Below, one piece after another: positions 42,233-51,982 of a DNA stretch of 64,000 bases (the first letter of the stretch is position 1; the number at the start of each line of letters is the position of its first letter). A model generated the notes under the pieces. That model did not search any database. It was given only the letters and a program-made list of their open reading frames with translations, and was not told the DNA's origin. Made by a program: the position numbers and the translations under genes. The stretch is taken from assembly GCA_963667465.2 (NCBI GenBank), contig CAXXDN010000002.1, positions 1,184,001 through 1,248,000 on the forward strand. The letters are read 5' to 3'. This stretch comes from Dehalococcoidia bacterium. GTDB taxonomy: Bacteria > Chloroflexota > Dehalococcoidia > UBA2979.

Positions 42233-42700
42233 CAATGGCTTCTGCTGTTCCTCGACGAGAGCAGCCAAGACCGCCAGGAGTCAACGTACGAGGTGCTTGC
42301 GGGCGGCGCGATCCACGACACGCAGCGCTGGGCCTTCGGGCAAGACAGCCAGACCGCCGAGGAGCGGCTCTTCGGGTCGCGAGTCATTCTCGGCCCCAGG
42401 GAATTGAAGGCCCGGAAGCTGCTCAACACGCAGACGTTCCGGCAGGCTTCATGGCTCCCATCGCTCCCTCGCCAGCACGGCGCGGAACTTGCCGGGGCCG
42501 TGCTGGATGGCGGTGCGAACTCCACTCGCGAGCAAATCACCGCCCTCGCCCAGACCAGGATCGACTACTGCCACTTCATCATGGAGCAGTGCTCGACTCA
42601 CGCAGTGCGGTTGCTTGCGAGCCTCTACGCACCGAGCGCGGGGGTGAACCCCTCCAGGCCATCCGGCCCCGCCAGGAGTGAACCGCTTCGCCGCACGTAG
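42233..42700 (+). pseudogene. Truncated DUF3800-family gene
   Basis: WLLLFLDESSQDRQESTYEVLAG...ELKARKLL; no in-frame start, C-terminal half absent. Confidence 0.55.
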
Positions 42701-42839
42701 CAGTCTCGCGGGCTCGAATGACGAGGCGGTGACGGCCATGTGGCTGCGCGATGACGTTTGCGTTTCGCGCATGTATCGGGCGCCCCTGCTTGACACCCCT
42801 GTCTGGCGGCAGCCCGCCCGGGAGGCGTAGCCTTGCCCC

Positions 42840-43553
42840 ATGACCACGACCGCCACATCCATCGCCGCGAACCTCGCCGTCGTGCGCGAGCAGATTGCCG
42901 CGGCCTGCGAGCGCGCCGGCCGCGACCCCGCCGGGGTCACGATCGTCGGCGTGACCAAGACGCACCCGCCCGAGGTCGTCGAGGCGGCGCTGGCGGCGGG
43001 GCTGAGCGACATCGGCGAGAACCGCGCGCAGGAGCTGCTGCCCAAGGCCGAGGCGCTCGAGGCGCGCGGGCTCGAGGCTCGCTGGCACTTCATCGGGCGG
43101 CTACAGCGCAACAAGGTGCGTGGCGTGCTGCCGCATATCGCCGCGCTGCACTCGCTCGGCTCGGTGCGGCTCGCCGACGAGATCGAGCGACGCGCCGAAC
43201 GCCTCGAGGCGGCCGCCGGCGCGGGGGCGCTCGCGCCACTTCCCTGCTACCTTGAAGTCAACGTGGGCGGCGAGGCCTCGAAGGACGGAATTGTCCCGGA
43301 GGAGCTCCCGGAGCTGCTGCGCGAGGCGGCGAACCGCCGCCACATCGCGGTCGCCGGGCTGATGACGGTCGCACCGCTCGTCGCTGACCAAGAACAGGTG
43401 CGGCCGGTCTTCCGGCAACTGCGCGAGCTGGCCCACGCGCACGGCCTCGAGGGACTCTCGATGGGCATGACCGACGACTACGCCGTCGCGGTCGAGGAGG
43501 GCGCGACGGTCGTGCGGCTCGGGCGCGTGATCTTCGGAGCGCGGCGCGGGTAG
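42840..43553 (+). CDS. yggS: PLP homeostasis protein
   Basis: VTKT, GENRAQE, WHFIGRLQRNK, LSMGMTDDY, VRLG. Confidence 0.95.
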   Translation: MTTTATSIAANLAVVREQIAAACERAGRDPAGVTIVGVTKTHPPEVVEAALAAGLSDIGENRAQELLPKAEALEARGLEARWHFIGRLQRNKVRGVLPHIAALHSLGSVRLADEIERRAERLEAAAGAGALAPLPCYLEVNVGGEASKDGIVPEELPELLREAANRRHIAVAGLMTVAPLVADQEQVRPVFRQLRELAHAHGLEGLSMGMTDDYAVAVEEGATVVRLGRVIFGARRG

Positions 43554-43573
43554 CGGCAGGCGGAGGAAGCAGC

Positions 43574-44380
43574 GTGCGAATCGGGATCATCGGTGGCGGC
43601 TTCATGGGCGAGGCGTTCCTGCGCGGGATTCTCAGCGCGGGTGTCGCCGATCCGTCCAACGTCGCCGTCGCCGAGCTGATCGCGGACCGCCGGCTCGCCC
43701 TCGCCGAGCACGGCGTGCGCGTCACCGACGACCCGGAGAGCGCCTGTATCGGCGCCGACCTCGTGCTGCTCGCCGTCAAGCCCGACGACCTGCCCGCGAC
43801 GGCGCGCAGCCTCGCCGGCGCGATTCCGGTCGACGCCGTAGTAGTGTCGATCGCCGCCGGCACTCCGCTCGCCGAGGTGCAACGCCACAGCGCACACCGC
43901 GCCTCGGTGCGGGTGATGCCGAACCTGCCCGCCGCGATCGGCGAGGGCGCGGCCGTCTTCCTGGCGGCTCCCGAGCTGAGCGACGAGCAACTCGCCCGCG
44001 TACGCGAGGTGCTCAGCGGCGTCGCGACCGCGATCGTCGAGGTCGGCGACGACGAGGCTGTGGACCTCGCGACAGCGTTGCACGGATCGGGTCCCGCCTA
44101 CGTCTACCTGCTGATCGAGGCAATGGTGGACTCGGCGGTGCGGCTCGGCATGAAGCGCCCGGAGGCGACGGATCTGGTGCTGGCGACCGTTGCCGGCTCG
44201 GCACGCTATGCGATCGAGAGCGGCGAGCACGCCGCGACCCTGCGCAACGCCGTCACCTCGCCGGGCGGGACGACGGCGGCGGCGCTCTCCGAGCTGGAGG
44301 CCGCCGGAGTACGGGCGGCCATCGACGACGCGATCGAGGCAGCGTTCACGCGGGCGCTGGATCTGGGGGAAGCGGAATGA
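43574..44380 (+). CDS. proC: Pyrroline-5-carboxylate reductase
   Basis: IGGGFMG, LAVKP, RVMPN, GSGPAY, VTSPGGTT. Confidence 0.95.
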   Translation: MRIGIIGGGFMGEAFLRGILSAGVADPSNVAVAELIADRRLALAEHGVRVTDDPESACIGADLVLLAVKPDDLPATARSLAGAIPVDAVVVSIAAGTPLAEVQRHSAHRASVRVMPNLPAAIGEGAAVFLAAPELSDEQLARVREVLSGVATAIVEVGDDEAVDLATALHGSGPAYVYLLIEAMVDSAVRLGMKRPEATDLVLATVAGSARYAIESGEHAATLRNAVTSPGGTTAAALSELEAAGVRAAIDDAIEAAFTRALDLGEAE

Positions 44381-44628
44381 CTGCACTGATCGGGATCGTA
44401 AGCCTGCTACTGAACCTGCTTTGGCTCGCGATCTTCGCCCGCGCGATCATCAGCTGGTTCCCGGTTGACCGTGACGGCCCGATCGTGAAGGCGCTCGACG
44501 CAGTCACCGAGCCAGTCCTCGAACCACTGCGGCGCGTGGTGCCACGCGTCGGGCTCTTCGATATCACGCCGATGGTCGCGCTCCTGCTGATCTTCGTGAT
44601 CCGGCAGTTGCTGATTTCGAGCCTCTAG
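44377..44628 (+). CDS. yggT: YggT family membrane protein
   Basis: ISWF, TEPVLEPLRRVVP, DITP. Confidence 0.9.
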   Translation: MTALIGIVSLLLNLLWLAIFARAIISWFPVDRDGPIVKALDAVTEPVLEPLRRVVPRVGLFDITPMVALLLIFVIRQLLISSL

Positions 44629-44708
44629 CAGCACAGTCCTCGTCGCCACGCGCCCGCCAGTAACATGGGTGCTGCAGCGTCAGCGCCGATGGCAACGGTG
44701 GGTCCGAG

Positions 44709-45011
44709 ATGAGCATGCTCCTCGGGATCATCGACGTGTTGCTGGCCCTGCTCTGGGTCGCGATTCTCGCCCGCGTGTTCGTCGGGTGGTTGCTGATCAA
44801 CTTCGAGCACGAGGACCCTTCGTTGCTGCGAGCACTGCACTGGATTACGGACCCGATTCTTAGCCCGCTGCGGCGCCTGATCCCGCAGGACATGCTGTTC
44901 GACATCACGCCATGGGTCGCCGTCGCGATCATCATCGTGATCCAGCAGATCGTGGTCCCGGATGGGGCCCTGCTGCCGGGCTATGAGCACCCGTTCGTCG
45001 GGGAGCGGTAG
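44709..45011 (+). CDS. YggT family membrane protein, second paralog
   Basis: TDPILSPLRRLIP, DITP. Confidence 0.85.
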   Translation: MSMLLGIIDVLLALLWVAILARVFVGWLLINFEHEDPSLLRALHWITDPILSPLRRLIPQDMLFDITPWVAVAIIIVIQQIVVPDGALLPGYEHPFVGER

Positions 45012-45024
45012 CCCCGCCGGGACC

Positions 45025-45201
45025 TCAGGCACCCCCGAGGCGCCGCCGCAGCTCCGCCGCCATGAGGCCATCGATGGCGACGACCTTGCTACGCGAGGCC
45101 TGCCCCGCCACCACGCGCACGGCTCCGCGCGAGAGGCGGAGGCGCTTCGCCAGCAGGCGCTCCAGCGCGCGGTTGGCGCGGCCCTCCACGGGCGGCTGCG
45201 C
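45025..45201 (-). pseudogene. C-terminal half of a DUF167/YggU gene
   Basis: [45 protein letters not shown]...*; in-frame TAG shortly upstream. Confidence 0.7.
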
Positions 45202-45207
45202 AGGAAC

Positions 45208-45236
45208 TTGACGCTATAGAACCGGCGTTCTATTCT
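45208..45236 (+). promoter_or_regulatory. recA promoter with LexA (SOS) box
   Basis: TTGACG-17-TATTCT; palindrome ATAGAAC-CGGC-GTTCTAT (45216-45233), GAAC-N4-GTTC type. Confidence 0.88.
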
Positions 45237-45296
45237 TTCCCGCGTACCACCGACGTGCCACGACAGAACAGCAGCGTACGCGGAAGGACCCCCGCA

Positions 45297-46421
45297 ATGG
45301 GCAGCAAGCAGGGCAGCAAGAGCAACTCCAAACAGCGGCGCCACGAGGACCTCGACCGCACCATCGAGCAGATCACGAAGGACTTCGGGAAGGGCGCGAT
45401 CATGCGCCTCGGGGACGACGACGCCATCCTCAACGTCTCCGCCATCTCCACCGGCGCCCTCTCGCTCGACATCGCCCTCGGCATCGGCGGGGTGCCCCGA
45501 GGCCGCGTGACGGAGATCTTCGGACCGGAGTCGGCCGGCAAGTCCACGCTCGCCCAGCACATCATCGCCCAGAGCCAGCGCGCGGGCGGCACCACCGCCT
45601 ACATCGACGTCGAGCACGCCCTCGAGCCCGAGTACGCCGCCGCCTGCGGCATCGCTGTAGACGATCTGCTGATCTCCCAGCCCGACACCGGCGAGCAGGC
45701 GCTCGAGATCTGCGAGGCGCTGATCCGCTCGAACGCCCTCGACGCCGTCGTCGTTGACTCCGTCGCAGCGCTGGTGCCGCGCGCCGAGATCGAGGGCGAC
45801 ATGGGGGACTCGCTGCCCGGCCTGCAGGCGCGGCTGATGTCGCAGGCACTGCGCAAGCTGACCTCCGCAGTGGCGCGCTCGAACACCGCACTTGTCTTCA
45901 TCAACCAGCTGCGCGAGAAGATCGGCGTCGTCTTTGGCAACCCCGAGACCACGCCCGGCGGGCGCGCGCTCAAGTTCTACTCCTCCGTGCGGATCGACAT
46001 CCGCCGCATCGAGTCGCTGCGGCAGGGTTCGACGATCATCGGCAACCGCGTGCGCTGCAAGGTCGTGAAGAACAAGACCGCGCCGCCGTTCCGCCAGGCC
46101 GAGTTCGACATCATGTTCACCCCCGAGGAGCACGGCATCAGCCGCTCCGGCGACCTCCTCGACCTGTCGGTCGAGCACGGCATCGTGAAGAAGCTCGGTT
46201 CCTACTACTCGCTCGGCGAGCAGCGCCTCGGCCAGGGCCGCGAGAACTCGAAGGCCTTCCTCCGCGAGCACCCCGCGATGGCCGACGAGATCGAGGCGAA
46301 CGTGCGCGCCGCCGCCGGCCTGCCCGGCACGGAGCACCTTCCGGCCGAGCCGCCCGCGCAAACCGCCGCGGAGGCCACCGAGGCCGCCACCGCGATCTCC
46401 GGTCTGCCGCTTGATGCGTAA
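45297..46421 (+). CDS. recA: Recombinase A
   Basis: [41 protein letters not shown]. Confidence 0.98.
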   Translation: MGSKQGSKSNSKQRRHEDLDRTIEQITKDFGKGAIMRLGDDDAILNVSAISTGALSLDIALGIGGVPRGRVTEIFGPESAGKSTLAQHIIAQSQRAGGTTAYIDVEHALEPEYAAACGIAVDDLLISQPDTGEQALEICEALIRSNALDAVVVDSVAALVPRAEIEGDMGDSLPGLQARLMSQALRKLTSAVARSNTALVFINQLREKIGVVFGNPETTPGGRALKFYSSVRIDIRRIESLRQGSTIIGNRVRCKVVKNKTAPPFRQAEFDIMFTPEEHGISRSGDLLDLSVEHGIVKKLGSYYSLGEQRLGQGRENSKAFLREHPAMADEIEANVRAAAGLPGTEHLPAEPPAQTAAEATEAATAISGLPLDA

Positions 46422-46974
46422 GGGCGCTCGCTCGCGCCGGCGGGGCAGCGCTGCCCCGCCGAGCGATGACCCGCGCAAGGCCGTACAGCACGGGCTGCGG
46501 CTGCTCAGCCGCGCCGCTCGCACTGAGCACGACCTGCGCGAGCGCCTCGAGGCGCGCTTCACCGCCGAGGCGGTGACAGCCGCGTTGAGGCGGCTGCGTA
46601 CGCTCGGCTACGTCGATGACCGCGCCTGGGCCGCCGCCTACGTCGAGCGCCCCCGCTCGCTGCTCTGTAGCGCGCGGCTGTTGCAGCGTGAGCTGCGCGC
46701 GCGCGGCGTCTCCGAGGAGATCGCCGAGGCGGCCACGGGAGAGCACGACGACGATCGCGCCGCCCTCGCCGCCGCGCGGATCGCGCTGCGGCGGCTCTCT
46801 CGCGGCGGCGACGACCGCGACGACGACGGCCACGACGCAGGCGCGGCGCGCAAGCGCTCCCGGCGCCTCGTGGCCGCCCTGGCGCGCCGCGGCTTCGACC
46901 CCGGGACGATCGGGCGCGTCCGTTCCCGCCTGCGCGGCGACCGAGCAGGCGAGGCAACTCCCGTTAGGCCATAG
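46411..46974 (+). CDS. recX: Regulatory protein RecX
   Basis: [38 protein letters not shown]; follows recA. Confidence 0.85.
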   Translation: MMRKGARSRRRGSAAPPSDDPRKAVQHGLRLLSRAARTEHDLRERLEARFTAEAVTAALRRLRTLGYVDDRAWAAAYVERPRSLLCSARLLQRELRARGVSEEIAEAATGEHDDDRAALAAARIALRRLSRGGDDRDDDGHDAGAARKRSRRLVAALARRGFDPGTIGRVRSRLRGDRAGEATPVRP

Positions 46975-47135
46975 CACCCACCCGCGAAGCGCATCGCGAT
47001 GCGCAGTGCTAGACTGTGCACATCGACGGCGACGGCGCTGACTGGCCCCTCAGCCATGCGGCCACGCCGAGATGCCGACTTATGTCCCGCGACGCGCTCC
47101 GGCGGTGGCGCGGGCCCTCGAATCGAGGCCATCCC

Positions 47136-48710
47136 ATGGAATCGCTTGCACTCAGCGCCCTCGTGGGCGTGATCGCTCTCGTGATCGGCTTCCTGATCGG
47201 CTACGCCATCCTCGGACTGGGCGCGCGCGACGTGCGCCGCCGGGCCGAGCAGGCTGCAGATCGCATCCGCGAGCAGGCCGAGAACCGCAGCCGCGAGCTC
47301 CAGCTCGAGGGGCAGCAGGCCGGCCTTCACTACCGCGAAGAGGTCGAAGAGGAACTGCGCGAGGAGCGCCGCGAGGCTGCCCGCGTCGAGCGCCGCCTCG
47401 AGCAGCGCGAGGAGTCGCTGGAACGCCGCGCCGAGGGGCTCGAGCGCGGCGAGCAGTCGGTCCGCGACCGCGCCTCGGGACTCGACCGCCGCGAGCAGGA
47501 GCTCGAGGCCGGCCAGGATCGCCTGCAAGCCGCGCAAGAGCAGCTGCGCGAGCAGGAGTCGCAGCTTCGCGGTGAGCTCGAGCGGATCGCCGCGCTGAGC
47601 GCCGACGAGGCGCGCGACCTGCTGCTCGACAGCCTCGACGGCGAACTGCGCGACGAGTCCGCGCGCCGCGTGCGCGCGATGGAGGCCGCCACCCGGGCCG
47701 AGGCGGACATGCGCGGACGCAAGATCCTCGCCACCGTCATGCAGCGCATGACGTCCGAGATCACGGCGGAGGCAACCGTCTCCGTGGTGCCGATTCCCTC
47801 CGACGAACTGAAAGGCCGGATCATCGGCCGCGAGGGCCGCAACATCCGCGCCTTCGAGGCGGCCACCGGCTGCGACCTCCTGATCGATGACACCCCCGAG
47901 GTCGTCACCGTCGTCGGCTTCGACCCGGTGCGCCGCGAGGTCGCGCGGGTCGCGCTCGCGCGCCTCGTGCAGGACGGGCGCATCCAGCCGAGCCGCATTG
48001 AGGACGCCGTCGATAAGGCGCAGAGCGAGGTCGAGCGGATGGTCATCGAGGCGGGCGAGCAGGCCCTCGTCGACGCCGAGGTGGCGGCGCTCCACCCCGA
48101 GGTCGCGAAGACCCTGGGCAAGCTGCGCTTCCGGTACTCATACGGCCAGAACCAGCTGCGCCACTGCGTGGAGACTTCGTGGCTCGCGGTCGCGCTGGCG
48201 CACGAACTCGGCGCCGACGTGGAGACGGCCCGCCTCGGCGGACTGCTGCACGACCTCGGCAAGGCCGTGGACCGCGAGATGGAAGGCACGCACGCCGCGC
48301 TCGGCGCCGAGATCGCACGCCGCTTCGGCGTCGGCGACGAGATCGTCCACTGCATCGAGGCGCACCACGAGGAGATCACGCCGGAGACAGCCGAGGCGCT
48401 GATCGTAATCATCGCCGACGCGATCTCGGGCAGCCGCCCCGGCGCCCGCCGCGACTCGATCGAGCAGTACGTAAAGCGCCTCGAAGCCCTCGAGGCGGTC
48501 GCCAACTCTTTCGACGGTGTCGAGCAGTCCTTCGCCATCCAGGCGGGACGCGAGATCCGCGTGCTGGTGCGGCCGGAGGAGGTCGACGACCTCGCGGCCA
48601 CGCGGCTTGCGCGCGATGTCTCGCGCAAGGTCGAGGAGACGCTGCAGTACCCCGGCCAGATCCGGGTCACGGTCGTCCGGGAGACGCGCGCCAGCGCGGT
48701 CGCGCGCTAA
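47136..48710 (+). CDS. rny: Ribonuclease Y
   Basis: N-terminal TM, coiled coil, KH (KGRIIGREGRNIR), HD (LLHDLGK), ADAISGSRPGAR. Confidence 0.96.
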   Translation: MESLALSALVGVIALVIGFLIGYAILGLGARDVRRRAEQAADRIREQAENRSRELQLEGQQAGLHYREEVEEELREERREAARVERRLEQREESLERRAEGLERGEQSVRDRASGLDRREQELEAGQDRLQAAQEQLREQESQLRGELERIAALSADEARDLLLDSLDGELRDESARRVRAMEAATRAEADMRGRKILATVMQRMTSEITAEATVSVVPIPSDELKGRIIGREGRNIRAFEAATGCDLLIDDTPEVVTVVGFDPVRREVARVALARLVQDGRIQPSRIEDAVDKAQSEVERMVIEAGEQALVDAEVAALHPEVAKTLGKLRFRYSYGQNQLRHCVETSWLAVALAHELGADVETARLGGLLHDLGKAVDREMEGTHAALGAEIARRFGVGDEIVHCIEAHHEEITPETAEALIVIIADAISGSRPGARRDSIEQYVKRLEALEAVANSFDGVEQSFAIQAGREIRVLVRPEEVDDLAATRLARDVSRKVEETLQYPGQIRVTVVRETRASAVAR

Positions 48711-48713
48711 CCC

Positions 48714-49490
48714 GTGCGCGTCCTCATGGTCGGCGACATCGTCGGCCGGCCTGGCCGCGAAATCGTCGGCTCGGCGCTGCCTGAGCTGCGTGACGCCCTC
48801 GCTATCGACCGGGTGATCGCCAACGGCGAGAACGCCGCGCGCGGACGAGGTCTCACCGAACGCACCGCCAACGAGCTGTTCGCCGCCGGTGTCGACGTCC
48901 TCACCTCCGGCAACCACATCTTCGACGTGCGCGAGTTCGTCCCCGCCCTCAACCGCGACTGGCCCGTGCTGCGCCCCGCCAACTACCCGCCGGTGGTCCC
49001 CGGCCGCGGCGTCTGCACGATCGACGGACTGACCGTGATCAACCTGATGGGCCGCGTCTTCATGCCGGCCGTCGTCGACGACCCGTTCCGCGTCGTCGAT
49101 CAACTGCTCGAGGACGTCGCGCCCGGCAACAGCGTCGTCGTCGACTTTCACGCCGAGGCGTCCAGCGAGCAGCAGGCGCTCGCCTGGTACCTCGACGGGC
49201 GGGTCGCCGCCGTTGTCGGGACGCACACCCACGTGCCGACGGCGGACGCGCGGCTGCTCGCCGCTGGCACCGCCGCCGTCGGCGACCTCGGCATGGTCGG
49301 CGTGCGCGACTCAGTGATCGGCGACGACATCGAGTCCGTGATCAGCCGCTTCCTGACCGGGATGCCGACGCGCCTGCCGGTCGCCTCCGGCGAGGACGGC
49401 GTCTTCAACTCCGTGCTGATCGAGATCGACGACGCGAGCGGGCTGGCGACCGGCATCGAGCGCGTCGACCGCGTGCTCCCGCTGTGGTGA
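48714..49490 (+). CDS. ymdB: YmdB-family (TIGR00282) metallophosphoesterase
   Basis: GDIVGRPG, NGEN, GNH, DFHAEA, GTHTHV; follows rny. Confidence 0.93.
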   Translation: MRVLMVGDIVGRPGREIVGSALPELRDALAIDRVIANGENAARGRGLTERTANELFAAGVDVLTSGNHIFDVREFVPALNRDWPVLRPANYPPVVPGRGVCTIDGLTVINLMGRVFMPAVVDDPFRVVDQLLEDVAPGNSVVVDFHAEASSEQQALAWYLDGRVAAVVGTHTHVPTADARLLAAGTAAVGDLGMVGVRDSVIGDDIESVISRFLTGMPTRLPVASGEDGVFNSVLIEIDDASGLATGIERVDRVLPLW

Positions 49491-49539
49491 GGACGGCACG
49501 CCGCCACGCGAGACGTCCGAGGCGCGGACGGGCCGCCTC

Positions 49540-50400
49540 GTGAGCCGTGGCGACTTCCACACGCACTCGACCTGCTCCGACGGCCTGCGCTCGCCCGCCG
49601 GGCTCGTCGATCTGGCGGCCGGCCGCGGCGTCCGCGTCATGGCGCTGACCGACCACGACACCCTCGACGGCCTCGCTGAGGCAGAGGCCGCGGCTGCGCG
49701 CCACCCCGGCTTCACGCTCGTGCCCGGCGTCGAGCTGTCCTGCGACGTGCCGGGCACCGAGGTGCACATCCTCGGCTACTTCATCGACCGCGAGCGCCGC
49801 GAGCTGGTCGAGCAGCTCGAGCGCTTCCGCGCTGGGCGGATCGAGCGGGCGCGGCGCATCATCGACGCCCTCGAACGGCTGGGCGCACCGATCGAGTGGT
49901 CGCGCGTGCAGGAGCTGGCGGGCGAAGCCTCCGTCGGTCGCCCGCACATCGCGCAGGCGCTGCTCGAAGCCGGGCACATCGAGAGCTTCAACGAGGCCTT
50001 CGACCGCTTCATCGGCCGCAACGGCCCGGCTTACGCCGAACGCCCGAAGCTCGCTCCCGCCGAGGCGATCGCGATGATCCGCGAGGCGGGCGGCCTTGCC
50101 GTCTTCGCCCACCCCTCGTTCACCGACGACTACCCGAGCGTCGCCGCCGAGCTTGCGGCGGCCGGCGCGTTCGGCCTCGAGGCCTACTACAAGGGCTACG
50201 AGCCGGAGCTTGTCGAGGAGCTGGCCACGCTGGCCGAACGCCTGGGGCTGTTCGCGCTCGGCGGCTCCGACTACCACGGCATCGATCGCGAGGACGAGCG
50301 CCAGCCGGGCGAGATCCCGCTGCCGGACGCCGTGACCGACGCCTTCCTCGATGCGGCGCGCGAGCGCGGCTGCCGCGTTCCCGAACCGACACCCGGATAG
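49540..50400 (+). CDS. PHP-domain phosphoesterase (TrpH/YciV-like)
   Basis: DFHTHSTCSDG, TDHD, GRPHIA, GGSDYHG. Confidence 0.92.
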   Translation: MSRGDFHTHSTCSDGLRSPAGLVDLAAGRGVRVMALTDHDTLDGLAEAEAAAARHPGFTLVPGVELSCDVPGTEVHILGYFIDRERRELVEQLERFRAGRIERARRIIDALERLGAPIEWSRVQELAGEASVGRPHIAQALLEAGHIESFNEAFDRFIGRNGPAYAERPKLAPAEAIAMIREAGGLAVFAHPSFTDDYPSVAAELAAAGAFGLEAYYKGYEPELVEELATLAERLGLFALGGSDYHGIDREDERQPGEIPLPDAVTDAFLDAARERGCRVPEPTPG

Positions 50401-50451
50401 CCTTCGAGGGCGGCCCGCCGCTACACTCGCGGAGAAGCACCCGGAGGCGAG

Positions 50452-50697
50452 ATGTCCCGACGCTCACGCAGGCAGCGCAGCCGGCCCCGGCGCACTCCCC
50501 TGCCCGGCCCCCCGCCGCCCGGACCGCCCGCCCCGGGCACGACCTCCGCCGCGCGGGCGGCCGCCAGCGAGCGCCCTCGGAGGCTACTCGAGCGCGACGC
50601 GCCGTTCATCGGCGGTGAGCTGCTGAGGATCGCGATGATCAGCGCGGTCTGCGGTAGCCTGCTGGTACTGCTCGTGCTCATCGACCGGCTCAGGTAG
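50452..50697 (+). CDS. Small protein with basic N-terminus and C-terminal TM helix
   Basis: SD GGAGG; ELLRIAMISAVCGSLLVLLVL. Confidence 0.6.
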   Translation: MSRRSRRQRSRPRRTPLPGPPPPGPPAPGTTSAARAAASERPRRLLERDAPFIGGELLRIAMISAVCGSLLVLLVLIDRLR

Positions 50698-50722
50698 CCG
50701 GCGCAACCGCGCTCCTCGAGGG

Positions 50723-51250
50723 CTACGCGAGGCGGTTCCAGGCGACGATCGCGCCGATCACCGCGAAGATGATGCCGCCTGCGTCCTGCGTGATCAGGTC
50801 CACCTCGCCGGAGACCAGCAGGCGCAGCAGCGCCGCTGCCACGATCGCGCCCGCGGCGAGCAGTTGCAGCGCGCGCCCCCGCTTGCGGTTCGTGACCACA
50901 TCGAACAATCGGGCCAGGAGGGTCGCCGCGCCAATGCCGCCGAACAGCGCGATCGCGAACTGCAGCAGGCCGCCTACCGGACTCGGCGGGAGCAGCAGCG
51001 CCGAGGCGACGCCGATCGCCAGGGCGCCGAGCAGCGCGACGGCGCCGGCCCGCAGGTAGTGCCCGGCCCCCAGCTCGTACATCGGGGGGCGGCGCAGCTG
51101 CGCGCAGTCCGGGCAGCGGATGCCACCCGGCGCGTGGACCATGCAGCGCGGGCAGATCGCCACCTCGCAGCGTCCGCAGCGCAGTTCGGTCTCGACATCG
51201 CGGTGGCGCTCGCAGTACGGAATAGCTGCCTCCGAAGCCGCGCTGGCCAT
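50723..51250 (-). CDS. B-box-type Zn-finger membrane protein
   Basis: CERH...CGRC..ICPRC...CPDC followed by ~4 TM helices. Confidence 0.8.
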   Translation of the reverse strand: MASAASEAAIPYCERHRDVETELRCGRCEVAICPRCMVHAPGGIRCPDCAQLRRPPMYELGAGHYLRAGAVALLGALAIGVASALLLPPSPVGGLLQFAIALFGGIGAATLLARLFDVVTNRKRGRALQLLAAGAIVAAALLRLLVSGEVDLITQDAGGIIFAVIGAIVAWNRLA

Positions 51251-51311
51251 CGCGGCGCCGTCCCGGCGATTGACCCCCCTCGGCGCGCGCATCTACCATC
51301 AAGGGGTACGC

Positions 51312-51388
51312 GGCCCCGTAGTGTAGCGGTCTAACACGCCACCCTGTCACGGTGGAGATCGGCGGTTCGAATCCGCTCGGGGTCGCCA
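51312..51388 (+). tRNA. tRNA-Asp (GTC)
   Basis: GGCCCCG acceptor, CCACC-CTGTCAC-GGTGG anticodon arm, CCA. Confidence 0.97.
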
Positions 51389-51444
51389 GCCATCACCACT
51401 CCCGCACGCCCTGCGAGAAGCGCCCGCCGAGGGCGCGTCCGGGG

Positions 51445-51981
51445 CTATGCGTCCGCGGCCGACGCCCCTGTCGCCGACTCCACGATCGCGACGGAGTGCA
51501 ACAGGTCGCCGGCCGGCAGTTCGCCCTCTGCCGCGGGGTCGCGTGGCGAGAGCGCGCGCGCCGCCTCGAGGCCGTCCTCGACGCTGCCGAGGTAGCTGAA
51601 GCGCCCGGTGAGCTGCGGCGCGTCAGCGAGCGCGATGAAGAACTGCGAGCCGTTGCTGTCCGGTCCGGAGTTGGCCAGCCCGACCGCGCCCGCCGCGAAC
51701 GGCTCATCCGACAGCTCGTCGGGTAGCCGGTAGCCGGGCCCGCCGTGGCCTCGGCCCGTCGGGTCGCCGCCTTGCGCGATGAACCCCGGGATTACGCGGT
51801 GGAACGTCGTACCGTCGTAGAACCCCTCGCGAGCGAGGAATACGAAGGAGTTAACCGCCTGCGGGGCCAGGTCGGGACGCAATCGAATGCGGATCACGCC
51901 GCGCGCTGTCTCGAGGACCGCGTGGCAGGCGCCGTCCTCGGCCAGCCCCACCGGGGCCGGCTCCTCGTAGCGGCGCGCCAC
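51445..51981 (-). CDS. Cyclophilin-type peptidyl-prolyl isomerase
   Basis: FYDGTTFHRVIPGFIAQGGDP, NGSQFFI. Confidence 0.92.
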   Translation of the reverse strand: MARRYEEPAPVGLAEDGACHAVLETARGVIRIRLRPDLAPQAVNSFVFLAREGFYDGTTFHRVIPGFIAQGGDPTGRGHGGPGYRLPDELSDEPFAAGAVGLANSGPDSNGSQFFIALADAPQLTGRFSYLGSVEDGLEAARALSPRDPAAEGELPAGDLLHSVAIVESATGASAADA

Positions 51982-51982
51982 G

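Noticed and set aside
47010-47135. Possible structured rny leader after TAGACT
   Set aside because: Only short GC-rich stems, as expected by chance
45297-50400. recA-recX-rny-ymdB-PHP as a novel system
   Set aside because: recA-rny-ymdB is a well-known conserved neighbourhood in Gram-positive-type genomes
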